From positions 1-64,000 of IMG/VR virus record IMGVR_UViG_3300045988_126851: 64,000 nucleotides of DNA. One strand, written 5' to 3'. The notes below the pieces were generated by a model that was given only the letters and a program-made list of their open reading frames with translations, was not told the origin of the DNA and did no database searches. Below, in pieces: positions 1 through 10,062 of this stretch (within the stretch, counting starts at the first letter, position 1; every line of letters starts with the position of its first letter). The DNA comes from a virus. The translations under genes and the position numbers were made by a program.

Positions 1-26
1 GTTTTTTTTTTGAAAGTTATATAAAA

Positions 27-584
27 TTATTTAGCAGTCCATTTGGCATTAGAATATACCTCGAAAGGTATATCTCCACCATCTGAACTGAATGTGATTT
101 GGTTTACAGAAGTTACCAAGTAGGTAATAGGTACCCAAGCAGTACCGTTCCAAGCCTCGAAGATCTCTTCTTCGGTATTATAATAAATATAACCTACTTG
201 AACTCCTTGAGGTCTTTCTTCGGTAGTTCCCTGCCGTTTAGAATCCAAAGGATTACCCATAGAATCTACCCAGGCATTGCCATTCCATATACCTAATTTA
301 TTAACTTTAGTATCGAAATAAGTTTGGCCTGGTTGAGGATTAGAGGGGACTTCTACCCCTCCACCTGGATTATTCTCTACTCTCCATCTACCAGTAGTAG
401 GATCTACTGAGTTAGAAGATTTGAAGGTGTATCTTTTACCATCTTCAAGACAGTAAGAAGAATGGCCTTCATCAATATCAGCTTCAGAAAAAGCCTTCAT
501 CTCAGCCAAAGTTTTGAATTGATCTCTTTCAAAATTTGGCTTCTTTCCCTTATAAGAAAGGTTATCAATATATTGTACTGCCAT
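27..584 (-). CDS. tail fibre protein with phage-fibre-type repeats
   Basis: Two copies of the G-x-x-Y-(F/Y)-x-T...W-N-G-x-A-W-V repeat (GQTYFDTKVNKLGIWNGNAWVD and VGYIYYNTEEEIFEAWNGTAWVP), typical of Phage_fiber_2-type repeats. It lies 2 nt downstream of the 1216-aa fibre gene. Confidence 0.6.
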   Translation of the reverse strand: MAVQYIDNLSYKGKKPNFERDQFKTLAEMKAFSEADIDEGHSSYCLEDGKRYTFKSSNSVDPTTGRWRVENNPGGGVEVPSNPQPGQTYFDTKVNKLGIWNGNAWVDSMGNPLDSKRQGTTEERPQGVQVGYIYYNTEEEIFEAWNGTAWVPITYLVTSVNQITFSSDGGDIPFEVYSNAKWTAK

Positions 585-586
585 AA

Positions 587-3500
587 TTATTTGAATTGAA
601 GTGAGTAATTAGATACTGTAGAAGCTTCAGAAAGAACATATACATAATACATTTCCCCATTTACTTCCAATTCACTAAGAGTATAAGAATTGATGAACTC
701 ATTCTTACCATCCGTAATAGAAGTAAGAGCCCCAAAGGCTTTAGGATAAGCATAACAGTTCTTCTGAGCATTTTGGTTAAATGTTGAAGTGTTATATGTT
801 TTGCTATCCTTAATGATTTCACCACTGCTTAGACCTTGGATACCTTCGGGGGTAGGAGTAAAGTTACTTTCTACTACTCCGAAATAAGAAGGATTAACGA
901 ATACTGCTGAAACAGAACCAGTCTTAGTAACTCCATCCTTAGTTGCCTCAACTCTAAAAGTAGTATTAACAGCAATTCCCGGGAACTGTTTAGAAGTTAA
1001 TGAAACTTCTATCGGTTCATTGTTAATCTTCAAAGTATCAGGTGTAACTGCATCAGGACCTTGTTTGAGTGACCAATTTACTGTTACGGTTTGAGTAGTA
1101 GTCTTTCGATATACTCCACCTCCAGTTACAGTAAGTGTTAATGGGAATACTGAAGCAGCAAGTTTCTGAAGAAGGACCTTATCCTCATATGACATAAGTC
1201 CCCCATGTCCACCATTCTCTAAAGAAGCAACGGGTATATCATAGTCTGTAGAAGCTTTGAATTCCCATTCTTCATGTTGTGGCCTCTTTTCATACCGTTT
1301 CACATTTATACCCACTTTATTTTTCTTAACTGGGTTTTCTTCAAAGGCATTGGGTTTATACAAAATTACCCCAGAAACTACACTGTTGGGCAAAGAATCA
1401 ATTCTATATTTCAATAGCTTACCCTTAGAACCTTCATAAGCAGTTCCCTGAGTTTCTCCCAATACTACTGTTTCTGAAATTACAGTCATATCCTTACCAT
1501 CCCATCGTTTGGTAATATTAGTACGACCATTCTCATCGGCTCTACGGAAGTTATAGATTACATCCTCTTTAGGTTCGATTCCAGCATCCCATCCATCAAG
1601 GGTTTTGGTATAGATCTTTTTATCCTCAAGAACATAAAGTCTATCACCAACTTCCATATCAGGTACAGAATCACGATCCGAAAGAAGATTTACCTGTTTC
1701 TCTATACCCATTACACTGTAAGCAGCCCCCTCAGGTAATTGTTCGGGTTTAAGCTTACCATTGCCATCAAGAGAAGCCAAACCATTAGCTTGATCCTTAG
1801 TAGCTTTAAATTCCGTAAGGTCATCTCCAACCTTTTTAATAGAAGCCTGCATTGCAGAATCAGCATCTGATCTATTTTGGGTTTCAGTTGCCAAATTCTG
1901 GGCAATTTCATTTTCCTTTGCAGTAGCCCGATTTACTTCAGCAGTAATATCTTGGGTATTCTTAGTTACCTTTGCTTGTAAATCTTCTATAGCTTCTGTA
2001 TGACCTTGGGATTCCTCAGTGATACGTTGAGAAAGTTTTTCATCCTCAGACTTACGATCGATAATCTCTTGATCTAATTTCTGAGTTATCTGAGTATCAG
2101 CTTGAGTTCTTGCAGTAGCTTCATCTTCAATCTTCTTAGAGAGATCAGTTCTAATTTGAGAATCTGCCTGAGTTCTTGCTTGAGATTCTGCATCGATATT
2201 CTGTTGAAGAACCTGATCTGCAGCTTTACGATCAGAAATCTCTTTAGCCAATCCATCGGCATTAGTATTAATCTTCTCTTGTAAGGCCGTATCGGCAGCT
2301 TTACGATCAGCTACTTCAGTTTCAAGATCTTTCTTCAGTTTATCTACATCACTAACATTAGTATCTACCTTGGTCTGTAAAGACTGGATCAAAGATAGGT
2401 TAGTCTGAATAGCCTGGGTATTCTCTTGGATAAGAGCATCCTGAGCACGAATCTGTTGCTGAAGAGTCTGGTAATTCTGATTGATAATCTGTCTCAATTC
2501 CGTTCCCAAAGCCGTAAGAGAAGTTCCAAGATTGGTTATATCTAACCTCATTGCAGTATCGGCTTCCTTACGATCTGAAATCTCCTTATTAAGGTTTTCA
2601 GTTTGAAGAGTGATCTTAGAAGAAAGTTCTTGATATTTGGTATCTAAGTCTCCTTGTACTTGAGATACAGCATTTGTACGATCTTCTACTTCTTGGTTAA
2701 TTTGCTCTGCCAAAGCAGCCAACTTCTTGGTGATGGTAGTAGCAAAGTTGGGGTCATTACCCAGAGCATCGGCAATTTCCTTAAGAGTATCAAGAACATC
2801 TGGAGCAGAACCAATAATACCTTCAATAGCAGCTTTTACCTCCTCTTCAGTTTGGAACTTAGAATCGTTTACTAACTGAGATACATTAGTGATACGATTA
2901 GCAAATTCTTCTATATCTTCTAGCTTAGCTTTTAATTCATCAGTAAAATCATTAGAAGATAATTCTTTACCCTCTTCTTTCTTTACCAATAATTCATCAG
3001 CAGCTTTTCGAGCATCAGCCTCAGCTTTAACTTTTTCATCGATCTCTTCACTAATGTGAGCCAGATCTTCTTGATAAGCCATGTGATATGCTTGTTCTCC
3101 AGTTTGCCCTGCTTCTTGAATAGTGGGTCTTTCTCCCTGGGGTGTATTGATGTTATATGGAGCCTTGGGGGAACCAGCATCTATTATACCCCCACGATTC
3201 AATTGAACTAAGGGCAAAGTATCTCCCTTAAGATCTTTGCCTAAGATGAGATCCCCATTTTCAAGAACTATACCCTTTCTATTGGGCAATTCTGAAGTAG
3301 GAAATTTATCCCATTTTACCTTTTCACCATCAATACGCTCAATATCTTTCTGATGAGCTTTTTTGATTTCCTCTTCAGAAAGTTCACGAGCTTTAGCTTC
3401 ATTGTCTATGTTCTGTTGCAAAGCTTCATCAGCACGAGCTCGTTCTGTAGCCTCTTGCTGAATCTTTTGTTCTAATTCTGCCTTATCATTAGATGAGCCA

Positions 3501-4237
3501 TTTTTCAGGCTATCTATTTCTCTTTGCAAAGCATTCTCGGCAGTAATAGCTCTCTCTTTTTCAAGATCGATTTCCTTATGAACTTCTACCTTGAAATCAG
3601 CTAATTGGCCAGCTACCTCCCCTTTTACATTAGAAATAGCCTCGGTATTTTTATCTACTTTCTGTTCTAAAGCCTTGACTGAATCCTTGATGTCCTTGAT
3701 AGTTTTATCAATGGTATCAGTAAGACCCTGAAGAGCTTTTTCGATTTTTGTATCTACTTCATTGAGACCTTCTTGCAGAGCAGCTTCAGCAGCTTTTGCT
3801 CGATTAACTTCAGCAGTAAGGGCCTCTCTAATCTCAATAAGTTTATTAGTAAGGTTAGTAGCAAAGTTGGGATCATTGTTCAGGGCATCTGCCAACTCTT
3901 TAAGAGTATCCAATGCTCCATCAGCACCATCTACAAGGTCACTGATATACTTTTCTACTTCTTCTTTAGTTTGGAACTTAAGGTCATTCTCTAACTGGGA
4001 TACCTTAGTTGGGATTTCTCCAGAAAGAGAATTTAACTTATCTTTCAGTTCTGTGGTAAAGTCCTCCTGAGACAAACCATAGCCTTCTTTCTTATCTACC
4101 TTATTGGCAATCGAAAGAAAGAGAGCCCAGAACTCTTTCATAGTACCGACAAAGCCTTGTTCAGTGGCATCATTGAGATAACCCTGCTTAAGTCTCTCAT
4201 CGATTTCTTCAACAGTATAATACTTACTTGTATACAT
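587..4237 (-). CDS. long coiled-coil tail fibre / tail-associated structural protein
   Basis: 1216-aa ORF with a long central E/K/Q/A/L-rich heptad-like region. It carries two copies of the fibre motif LDTLKE(L/I)ADAL(N/G)NDPNFAT. The C-terminal ~350 aa are beta-rich and look like a receptor-binding or Ig-like domain. Confidence 0.7.
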   Translation of the reverse strand: MYTSKYYTVEEIDERLKQGYLNDATEQGFVGTMKEFWALFLSIANKVDKKEGYGLSQEDFTTELKDKLNSLSGEIPTKVSQLENDLKFQTKEEVEKYISDLVDGADGALDTLKELADALNNDPNFATNLTNKLIEIREALTAEVNRAKAAEAALQEGLNEVDTKIEKALQGLTDTIDKTIKDIKDSVKALEQKVDKNTEAISNVKGEVAGQLADFKVEVHKEIDLEKERAITAENALQREIDSLKNGSSNDKAELEQKIQQEATERARADEALQQNIDNEAKARELSEEEIKKAHQKDIERIDGEKVKWDKFPTSELPNRKGIVLENGDLILGKDLKGDTLPLVQLNRGGIIDAGSPKAPYNINTPQGERPTIQEAGQTGEQAYHMAYQEDLAHISEEIDEKVKAEADARKAADELLVKKEEGKELSSNDFTDELKAKLEDIEEFANRITNVSQLVNDSKFQTEEEVKAAIEGIIGSAPDVLDTLKEIADALGNDPNFATTITKKLAALAEQINQEVEDRTNAVSQVQGDLDTKYQELSSKITLQTENLNKEISDRKEADTAMRLDITNLGTSLTALGTELRQIINQNYQTLQQQIRAQDALIQENTQAIQTNLSLIQSLQTKVDTNVSDVDKLKKDLETEVADRKAADTALQEKINTNADGLAKEISDRKAADQVLQQNIDAESQARTQADSQIRTDLSKKIEDEATARTQADTQITQKLDQEIIDRKSEDEKLSQRITEESQGHTEAIEDLQAKVTKNTQDITAEVNRATAKENEIAQNLATETQNRSDADSAMQASIKKVGDDLTEFKATKDQANGLASLDGNGKLKPEQLPEGAAYSVMGIEKQVNLLSDRDSVPDMEVGDRLYVLEDKKIYTKTLDGWDAGIEPKEDVIYNFRRADENGRTNITKRWDGKDMTVISETVVLGETQGTAYEGSKGKLLKYRIDSLPNSVVSGVILYKPNAFEENPVKKNKVGINVKRYEKRPQHEEWEFKASTDYDIPVASLENGGHGGLMSYEDKVLLQKLAASVFPLTLTVTGGGVYRKTTTQTVTVNWSLKQGPDAVTPDTLKINNEPIEVSLTSKQFPGIAVNTTFRVEATKDGVTKTGSVSAVFVNPSYFGVVESNFTPTPEGIQGLSSGEIIKDSKTYNTSTFNQNAQKNCYAYPKAFGALTSITDGKNEFINSYTLSELEVNGEMYYVYVLSEASTVSNYSLQFK
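2720..2974 (-). repeat. intragenic duplication, copy 2 (about aa 422-506 of the fibre)
   Basis: EGKELSSNDFTDELKAKL...VSQLVNDSKFQTEEEV...VLDTLKEIADALGNDPNFATTITKKL, collinear with copy 1 apart from a 2-aa indel. Confidence 0.8.
3839..4087 (-). repeat. intragenic duplication, copy 1 (about aa 51-133 of the fibre)
   Basis: EGYGLSQEDFTTELKDKL...VSQLENDLKFQTKEEV...ALDTLKELADALNNDPNFATNLTNKL. The DNA core agtagcaaagttgg recurs 1119 nt away. Confidence 0.8.
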
Positions 4238-4257
4238 AGGTATAAGGTTTTAAATAA

Positions 4258-4659
4258 TTAACCAACTGCCTTAGGTTTCCCTAAGAAATATTCTCCACCC
4301 TTTCCACAGAATAGGATTCCTTCTGAACCAGCAAAAGCATTGTCAGTAGCATCACCATCTCCTCCATCTTGAACATCGCCTTTAATAATACCGAAGGTAG
4401 GTAGCTTATTTACTCTCAATTTAATTGCCTGGCCTATTCCTGGGAAAGGAAGTATCATATCCCAAACAGGTCCAAAGTAATCTTGAAGCCGGGTTACGAA
4501 ATTAATACCAGTCATACTTTGAAATACTGATATATAATTCCCTGTTCCATCAACCTCTAGATGTACTCCAGAATTACCATTTAGGATTATTATATTACTA
4601 TCATACCATTCCTGGTTATTGAAAGTAACCTTTGTCCATCTCAGTAATAACTGTGCCAT
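4258..4659 (-). CDS. hypothetical protein (tail module)
   Basis: 133-aa ORF, co-directional and tightly packed between structural genes. No recognisable motif. Confidence 0.5.
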   Translation of the reverse strand: MAQLLLRWTKVTFNNQEWYDSNIIILNGNSGVHLEVDGTGNYISVFQSMTGINFVTRLQDYFGPVWDMILPFPGIGQAIKLRVNKLPTFGIIKGDVQDGGDGDATDNAFAGSEGILFCGKGGEYFLGKPKAVG

Positions 4660-4660
4660 A

Positions 4661-5140
4661 TTATTGTTCTATAAAGTTTACAACTGTGTCACGGTCTCTT
4701 TTAAGAATAACCAAGAAGACCAGAGCTTCGTCTTTTGCTTGAGCTACCTGGGTATCACCATCGGGTTTATAAACTATCCCATTTATGATGAACCTATCTT
4801 CTGACCAGTTAAATCTCCAGTACCCGTGTTCATCAAGGTACCCAAGCCTTTCTATATATGATTTAGAAATTAGTATCGAAAGGTTTTCATCATCCAGTTC
4901 CCCAGATACAGTTGCCTTATTGATTGGCCAATTCCTAAAAGAGTTATAATAACAAAGGGCTTCAATATGAATTTCATAATAAGAAGGTAAACTATCTTCG
5001 GCATGATCAAGGAATTGGTTTACCTTTTTTGCCCATATAATATCTTGCCTTCCTGCATCGAAATCTATAAACTCTGTGATGATACGTTTATATCTATCCC
5101 AGGTTTTATTGTTTAAGTATCTAGAGATTGGTTTAGTCAT
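4661..5140 (-). CDS. hypothetical protein (tail module)
   Basis: 159-aa ORF with a 4-nt overlap with the upstream gene and a 1-nt gap to the downstream gene. Confidence 0.55.
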   Translation of the reverse strand: MTKPISRYLNNKTWDRYKRIITEFIDFDAGRQDIIWAKKVNQFLDHAEDSLPSYYEIHIEALCYYNSFRNWPINKATVSGELDDENLSILISKSYIERLGYLDEHGYWRFNWSEDRFIINGIVYKPDGDTQVAQAKDEALVFLVILKRDRDTVVNFIEQ

Positions 5141-6024
5141 GATCTGGGTTTCTTAACTAATTTGAATGAACCTCTATTCAAAGGGGCTGTAGGATTAGGT
5201 CCTGATAGGGGAGTAACTACCCTCCTATCTACTACCTTTGGTACTACAGGTGAATAAGGTTGTCTACAGAATGGTAAGAATATCTCTAACCTTTCAGCTA
5301 GAGTACAAATGTTTTTCCGAAGTTCATCTATTACTCCTCCCGGTTGCATGGCATTTGAGAAAGTTTTCCAAAGAGAACTAATACTATCAGATACTGAATC
5401 GTAGAATTGAACCTCAGTAGGACCAGTAGTGATTTGTTTAACTCTATCTCCTCTAGCTCCACCATCTTCAGAATCATTACCACCAGGCTTAGTGATTTCA
5501 CTAAGTGATTCTCCGGTGTTGGTTAAAAGTTTAAGTAATTGGACTTGAAGGTAATCGAATACCGCTAATTCCATAATCAGCTGATTTTCTAGTGCCTCAT
5601 ACCATAATTCGTCTTTATATTTATCTGGTGGAATTAGGTGTGTTACTAGAGGACCAATATACAATTGCCATTTTTGAATGAAAAGAGCTTTCTCTTCTTG
5701 AGTTAGTTCTTCAGCGATTTCTTTTGGAAGGTAATTGTCAATGAGATTATAGATACTATCAGGAAGAGTAGTATGGGCATAATCACAAATGACGATGGTT
5801 TTTTGAATAGTTTCATTCAAACCACTGGAATCTGAAACGGTCAGGGTAACAGTATAAAAACCTGATTCCTCATAAGAATAGGATTCATGCCTTTTACCAT
5901 TGAAAACCTCTCCCTTATCATCACCAAAGTCCCAATCAAGTATGGCCTTAACTGGGACTTTGGATATTACTCGGAATGAAGCTTCTAGACCTGACGTAGT
6001 GTAAACGAAGTCTAGTTTGCCCAT
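5137..6024 (-). CDS. PKD-domain structural protein
   Basis: N-terminal LDWDFGDDKGEVFNGKRHESYSYEESGFYTVTLTVSDSSG matches the PKD signature WDFGDG...H.Y...G.Y.V.L.V.D..G. Confidence 0.6.
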   Translation of the reverse strand: MGKLDFVYTTSGLEASFRVISKVPVKAILDWDFGDDKGEVFNGKRHESYSYEESGFYTVTLTVSDSSGLNETIQKTIVICDYAHTTLPDSIYNLIDNYLPKEIAEELTQEEKALFIQKWQLYIGPLVTHLIPPDKYKDELWYEALENQLIMELAVFDYLQVQLLKLLTNTGESLSEITKPGGNDSEDGGARGDRVKQITTGPTEVQFYDSVSDSISSLWKTFSNAMQPGGVIDELRKNICTLAERLEIFLPFCRQPYSPVVPKVVDRRVVTPLSGPNPTAPLNRGSFKLVKKPRS

Positions 6025-6026
6025 AC

Positions 6027-6422
6027 CTAATTGGATTTATCTGGTTTTATAATAGTATTATAGATAGCTTTAATGATATCATAGAATCCGCAAGCACTTA
6101 ATCCGGCAGCTAAGCCGTATAATAGAGCTACCCACCATTTCATGCTAATTAATATGGGTGATACCTGTAATACCCAGCATACCATACAAACTATAATACC
6201 GACGACAACTGATATACCGATCTTTGCCAGTTTGTTTTCCTTAATAGCTGGGATTACCTTTAAGATCTGAGTAGCAATCATAGATACTAAAGCTACTATT
6301 CCAGTGAATGAACCAACATCTATAACTACTTCGGAAGCTGGAGCAATTCCAATATCCTCAGCAGCTAATGCAGGTATGGCTAAGGTTAACAAAGCCATAA
6401 ACATAAAAATAAACTTCTTCAT
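6027..6422 (-). CDS. membrane protein with signal peptide
   Basis: MKKFIFMFMALLTLAIPALA followed by about three hydrophobic helices. Function unknown. Confidence 0.55.
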   Translation of the reverse strand: MKKFIFMFMALLTLAIPALAAEDIGIAPASEVVIDVGSFTGIVALVSMIATQILKVIPAIKENKLAKIGISVVVGIIVCMVCWVLQVSPILISMKWWVALLYGLAAGLSACGFYDIIKAIYNTIIKPDKSN

Positions 6423-6446
6423 AACTCTTATATTTTAAATGAGTGA

Positions 6447-6851
6447 TTACTCTCCTTCTTTGTGACTCTCAGAATCCTCAATGATTGCCTGGATCAGAGA
6501 TTCAGCAGTATCGGTATCTTCGATCTCGAAGCCGTATTTCTTTGCAATTAGCTTTACTTCCTCTAAGGAATAGCCCTTAGCGATCTTTTCTACCGTCATA
6601 CCTTTGGCAATCTGAGCTTGGAGTTTCTTTGCCAACTTTTCGATCTGATCATCAGTATACTTAGAATGTTGGGTATTTTTGTCTACTACCATAATAAGAT
6701 GACCAGAAGCCAAAGCCAATTGAATCTTCTTAGAATTAAACTGACGAGAACTTAATTCTTTAACTTCTCCTCTTGCAATTGTGATGCCTGTAGATTGATC
6801 ATGAAAGCTATAAGCTCTTGAACCCACAGTTACTGTAAATAATCTAGCCAT
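6447..6851 (-). CDS. hypothetical protein (head module)
   Basis: 134-aa ORF downstream of the capsid gene and its terminator. Confidence 0.5.
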   Translation of the reverse strand: MARLFTVTVGSRAYSFHDQSTGITIARGEVKELSSRQFNSKKIQLALASGHLIMVVDKNTQHSKYTDDQIEKLAKKLQAQIAKGMTVEKIAKGYSLEEVKLIAKKYGFEIEDTDTAESLIQAIIEDSESHKEGE

Positions 6852-6871
6852 TGTTGTAAGATTTTGGTATT

Positions 6872-6907
6872 ATAAAAAGTTAGGGTAGCCCATAAAGACT
6901 ACCCCTA
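6872..6907 (-). terminator. intrinsic terminator after the capsid gene
   Basis: Minus-strand hairpin taggggtag...ctacccta followed by ACTTTTTAT, about 35 nt after the stop of 6941..8059. Confidence 0.7.
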
Positions 6908-6940
6908 AAAACAAAAACTTGGAAATGAAGAAAACCGGTA

Positions 6941-8059
6941 TTACTCAAGGTTTACCAAGAGATAAGGATCCACATTCATGAAATCGGGGAATCCGAATTC
7001 AGTGAACTTCTTATCTGCAGCCAGCAAGAGAGCAGCATCTTGATACATCTTAGAGAAGCCAGTAGTCAAGCTTGCATATACTGCTTCAGTTTGGTTAGAA
7101 ACGATTCTTTCTGATTCCAACATCAACTGACGAGCTGTAAGCTTAATCAGGGCAGCAGAAGTATCAATCAGCAATAACTGCTGGTTAGGTGTTCCCGGGT
7201 GGATGTAGAAGTTAGCACTACTGGGAACCGGAGACTTCACATTCAAAGTAGCCTGGGTTGTACCAGAGTGACGATCTTTGAATTCCGGCAAGTTCAGCAA
7301 TTCGATTGCCTGGTCTTCACCACCAATCATAGTTTGGAAGTTACGGCCCATACGAGCAGCACGAACCCAAATATGAAGCAAGTCTTTGTAAGTAATTCCT
7401 TGGGCAGTTTCATATACACCGATAATCGGAGCAGATTCTGAACCATCTGGTTTGTTACCGTTAATTACTACGTCCATTGCCAAGGTATCCATAGCATAGC
7501 CCAACTGGATACCAAAATCACGGAGATAAATGCCCAAAACATCGATAGAAACGTAGTTCTTAACTTCATCGGTCATCTTAAAGCCCTTACCGATCTTGAA
7601 CAAAGATACTGACTTCTGTCCGAAGCTTACTTCTCCCAAAGGAATAGTTTCAGCTTCGTTTACCTTTGCAGGTGCAGCATCTGACATGTTGATCATCGGC
7701 ATGATAGCAGACAGACCGTTAATTGATTGGTCAGAAGCAATGACCTCAGGATAGAAAGGTGCTTGGCGCATACCCAGAGTAATTGCCTGACGAATGATTT
7801 CCGGAACAATCCAACGAATATTCTGCTGAGGTATAGTGAAGATGTTCTCCATTGTATCAACATGAGGATTGATACCGATCTTTTCGAAGAGTTCATCTTG
7901 GGAAATACCCCATTTACCCTCTGCTACTTCTCCGAGGGTAATTTCGATTGGCTTTCTGTTGTTACTACCAGAACGGTAAGAATCCATCAGAGATACCATT
8001 GAAGGCAATTCATTAATGAAATCCTTCTGTGTCAGTTTTGATAAATCTTGTTTTTCCAT
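6941..8059 (-). CDS. major capsid protein (HK97-fold type)
   Basis: 372-aa ORF in the order portal, scaffold, decoration, capsid. The central region (SLFKIGKGFKMTDEVKNYVSIDVLGIYLRDFGIQLGYAMDTLAMDVVINGN) resembles the Phage_capsid family pattern. A strong terminator follows. Confidence 0.65.
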   Translation of the reverse strand: MEKQDLSKLTQKDFINELPSMVSLMDSYRSGSNNRKPIEITLGEVAEGKWGISQDELFEKIGINPHVDTMENIFTIPQQNIRWIVPEIIRQAITLGMRQAPFYPEVIASDQSINGLSAIMPMINMSDAAPAKVNEAETIPLGEVSFGQKSVSLFKIGKGFKMTDEVKNYVSIDVLGIYLRDFGIQLGYAMDTLAMDVVINGNKPDGSESAPIIGVYETAQGITYKDLLHIWVRAARMGRNFQTMIGGEDQAIELLNLPEFKDRHSGTTQATLNVKSPVPSSANFYIHPGTPNQQLLLIDTSAALIKLTARQLMLESERIVSNQTEAVYASLTTGFSKMYQDAALLLAADKKFTEFGFPDFMNVDPYLLVNLE

Positions 8060-8074
8060 ATCTTTGCTTTGAAT

Positions 8075-8542
8075 TTAGCGGATGAGTACTTGGATAAGTT
8101 CATTTGCTTCATCTGCCGGAGTAATAGCGATGAAGTGAGTCTCTGCATCGGCATGGTCTGCCTTTACGAAGCGAGAATTGAGAAGTTCTCCGGAAGGTTT
8201 AACATAGCCACATTTAACTTCGGCATTTGATACCCAGTTGCAAAGGGCATATCCTTCTACCATTACTGTTACCTCAACAGGGAAGTTTTTCTGACCCTGA
8301 TAAGCCGGGTTAACGTTATCTGTTACGGCAATGCCCAAGAATACTTCGCCATCGGCATATACCTTAATTTGGCCTTCTTCAGTGAGTGATACAGGAACTC
8401 CCTGTACGATTGTTTCTCCCTGCTTTACAGTGAAAGCTTGGTGAAGCTTATGTGATTCGGATTTGTAGATTACAGTCTTCGGAGTCTTAGAACCAAAGAG
8501 AGTCATCGGCTGGTCCATGTTTACAATATTAGTCTTTTCCAT
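8075..8542 (-). CDS. putative head decoration / cement protein (DUF2190-like)
   Basis: G..FLGIAVTDN...VEVTVMVEGYALCNWV...KCGYVKP pattern, located immediately upstream of the capsid gene. Confidence 0.4.
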   Translation of the reverse strand: MEKTNIVNMDQPMTLFGSKTPKTVIYKSESHKLHQAFTVKQGETIVQGVPVSLTEEGQIKVYADGEVFLGIAVTDNVNPAYQGQKNFPVEVTVMVEGYALCNWVSNAEVKCGYVKPSGELLNSRFVKADHADAETHFIAITPADEANELIQVLIR

Positions 8543-8547
8543 AACCT

Positions 8548-10062
8548 TTATTTTTTATGTGATAACTTTTGTTTGTACAGACTCTCGAAAACTTGGTCTG
8601 TAGAATTTTCCTTATTAGAAGCGGTATCCTCTTGGTGTTTACCATCTTCACCTTCAGAAACTGAAGAAGCACGGTTAACATCATGTGAACCACATTTTGA
8701 ACAAACCATCGGGAACTTTTCTTCCAATCTTGCCTGGTAATCTTTGGTAAGTGATACCAAAGTATTGATACCAGTAGTTTCAGAATTGAGCATAGTTACG
8801 ATAGTTTCATCTACCTTATCACCCATTAACTTCCTATAGGTTTCTACGGCAGTTTCTCGGAGAGAAGCAATATGATTCTTTCCTACAGTTGCCATTTCCG
8901 TCAGATTTGCCACTTCTGTATTTAATTTATTGATCTGCTCAGTGAGAGAAGTTTTCTCTGTATTGAGACTATCAACAGAAGCTTGCAAAGTGTTTTTGGA
9001 TGATACCAAGTTCTGGATACAGGCAATCACATTCTCCTGATCCATCTCTTTACCTTCTTCAAGGGTAAGCATATTATCCCCAAAAAGGCTTTCAAGAAAT
9101 TCTCTTAATTCTTTGTTCATACCATTATTTTTATTGTTTTGGTTTTCTTGGTTATCATTAAAAGAACCCTGAGTATCGTTATTTTCCTGAAACATACTCA
9201 TGTCTGATTTGTAATCGGTAAAGAAATATTGCTTCGATTTATCATCCCGATATTCTTCATAAGATGCCCAAGTTCTTTTAGCAAAAGTTGGGTTAATAAT
9301 TTTACCATCGGACCCAATTTTCTGAGCAAATGAATCAGCTCCATGTGAAACTAGAGAGGTTTCCAAATAACGAACTATTTCAGTAACTATTCTACGTACC
9401 ATAACTCCCTTAGAATCATAAGTACCAAGTTTCTGATAGAATTCGTTATCCTCCATTTGAGGATGGGATTTATCCCACTTGAATTGTACTGTAACAGAGT
9501 TACTATGGATTGATGGTGGTTCCATGAGGATTCCTCTAGCAATTCTTGGGTTTGCCTTACCATCGATCTTCAGAATACCATTGATACCAGCAGGTATAGT
9601 AAAGCTACCATCTTTATAGGCTTCTTGCCACATTACTTGTGATACAGCACCAATAGCATTACCTACATTAGTTTCATGATCACAATTAATCGTTTGCCCA
9701 AGCAACATCTTCATAGAAGCCTTTAATACTCCATTCTGACTAAAGTCTGTAGGATTCCAATTCTTAGATACGATAGTTTCTGAAAGTAATCGGAACATCG
9801 GTTCGATAAACTCTTCATCCTTTGGAGTTAATTCTGATTTATCAAGGTTGGGATAATAGGTATTATAATCTATATCACCTCCCCAAAATCCAAATTGAGC
9901 AATGGAATCCGGTGTAGGAGTTTTCCATTTGTAATAATTCTCGGAGAAAGCCTGGGCTCCCACTGCCTCTGGTATATACCCAGCCATAATAGTATGGCCT
10001 TGACCTATCACCATAGAATCAAGATGCTCTTTGTTTTTCTTTGTAAATTTACTTTTACTCAT
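8548..10062 (-). CDS. putative prohead scaffolding protein (possibly fused to a maturation protease)
   Basis: 504 aa, located between portal and capsid. The C-terminal half contains a coiled coil (LQASVDSLNTEKTSLTEQINKLNTEVANLTEMA). No protease catalytic motif could be verified by eye. Confidence 0.35.
   Translation of the reverse strand: MSKSKFTKKNKEHLDSMVIGQGHTIMAGYIPEAVGAQAFSENYYKWKTPTPDSIAQFGFWGGDIDYNTYYPNLDKSELTPKDEEFIEPMFRLLSETIVSKNWNPTDFSQNGVLKASMKMLLGQTINCDHETNVGNAIGAVSQVMWQEAYKDGSFTIPAGINGILKIDGKANPRIARGILMEPPSIHSNSVTVQFKWDKSHPQMEDNEFYQKLGTYDSKGVMVRRIVTEIVRYLETSLVSHGADSFAQKIGSDGKIINPTFAKRTWASYEEYRDDKSKQYFFTDYKSDMSMFQENNDTQGSFNDNQENQNNKNNGMNKELREFLESLFGDNMLTLEEGKEMDQENVIACIQNLVSSKNTLQASVDSLNTEKTSLTEQINKLNTEVANLTEMATVGKNHIASLRETAVETYRKLMGDKVDETIVTMLNSETTGINTLVSLTKDYQARLEEKFPMVCSKCGSHDVNRASSVSEGEDGKHQEDTASNKENSTDQVFESLYKQKLSHKK

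Noticed and set aside
1257-4070. Several ORFs of 60-102 aa inside the fibre gene on either strand (1257..1439, 1711..1911, 2102..2284, 2654..2875, 2983..3180, 3762..4070, 3773..3994)
   Set aside because: All are nested within the 1216-aa ORF. They arise from its biased, repetitive codon composition. Two of them simply mirror the internal duplication.
7199-8230. ORFs nested in or antisense to the capsid and decoration genes (7199..7441, 7693..7896, 7727..8002, 8048..8230)
   Set aside because: They are fully contained in or overlap much longer, functionally recognisable ORFs and have no independent signals.
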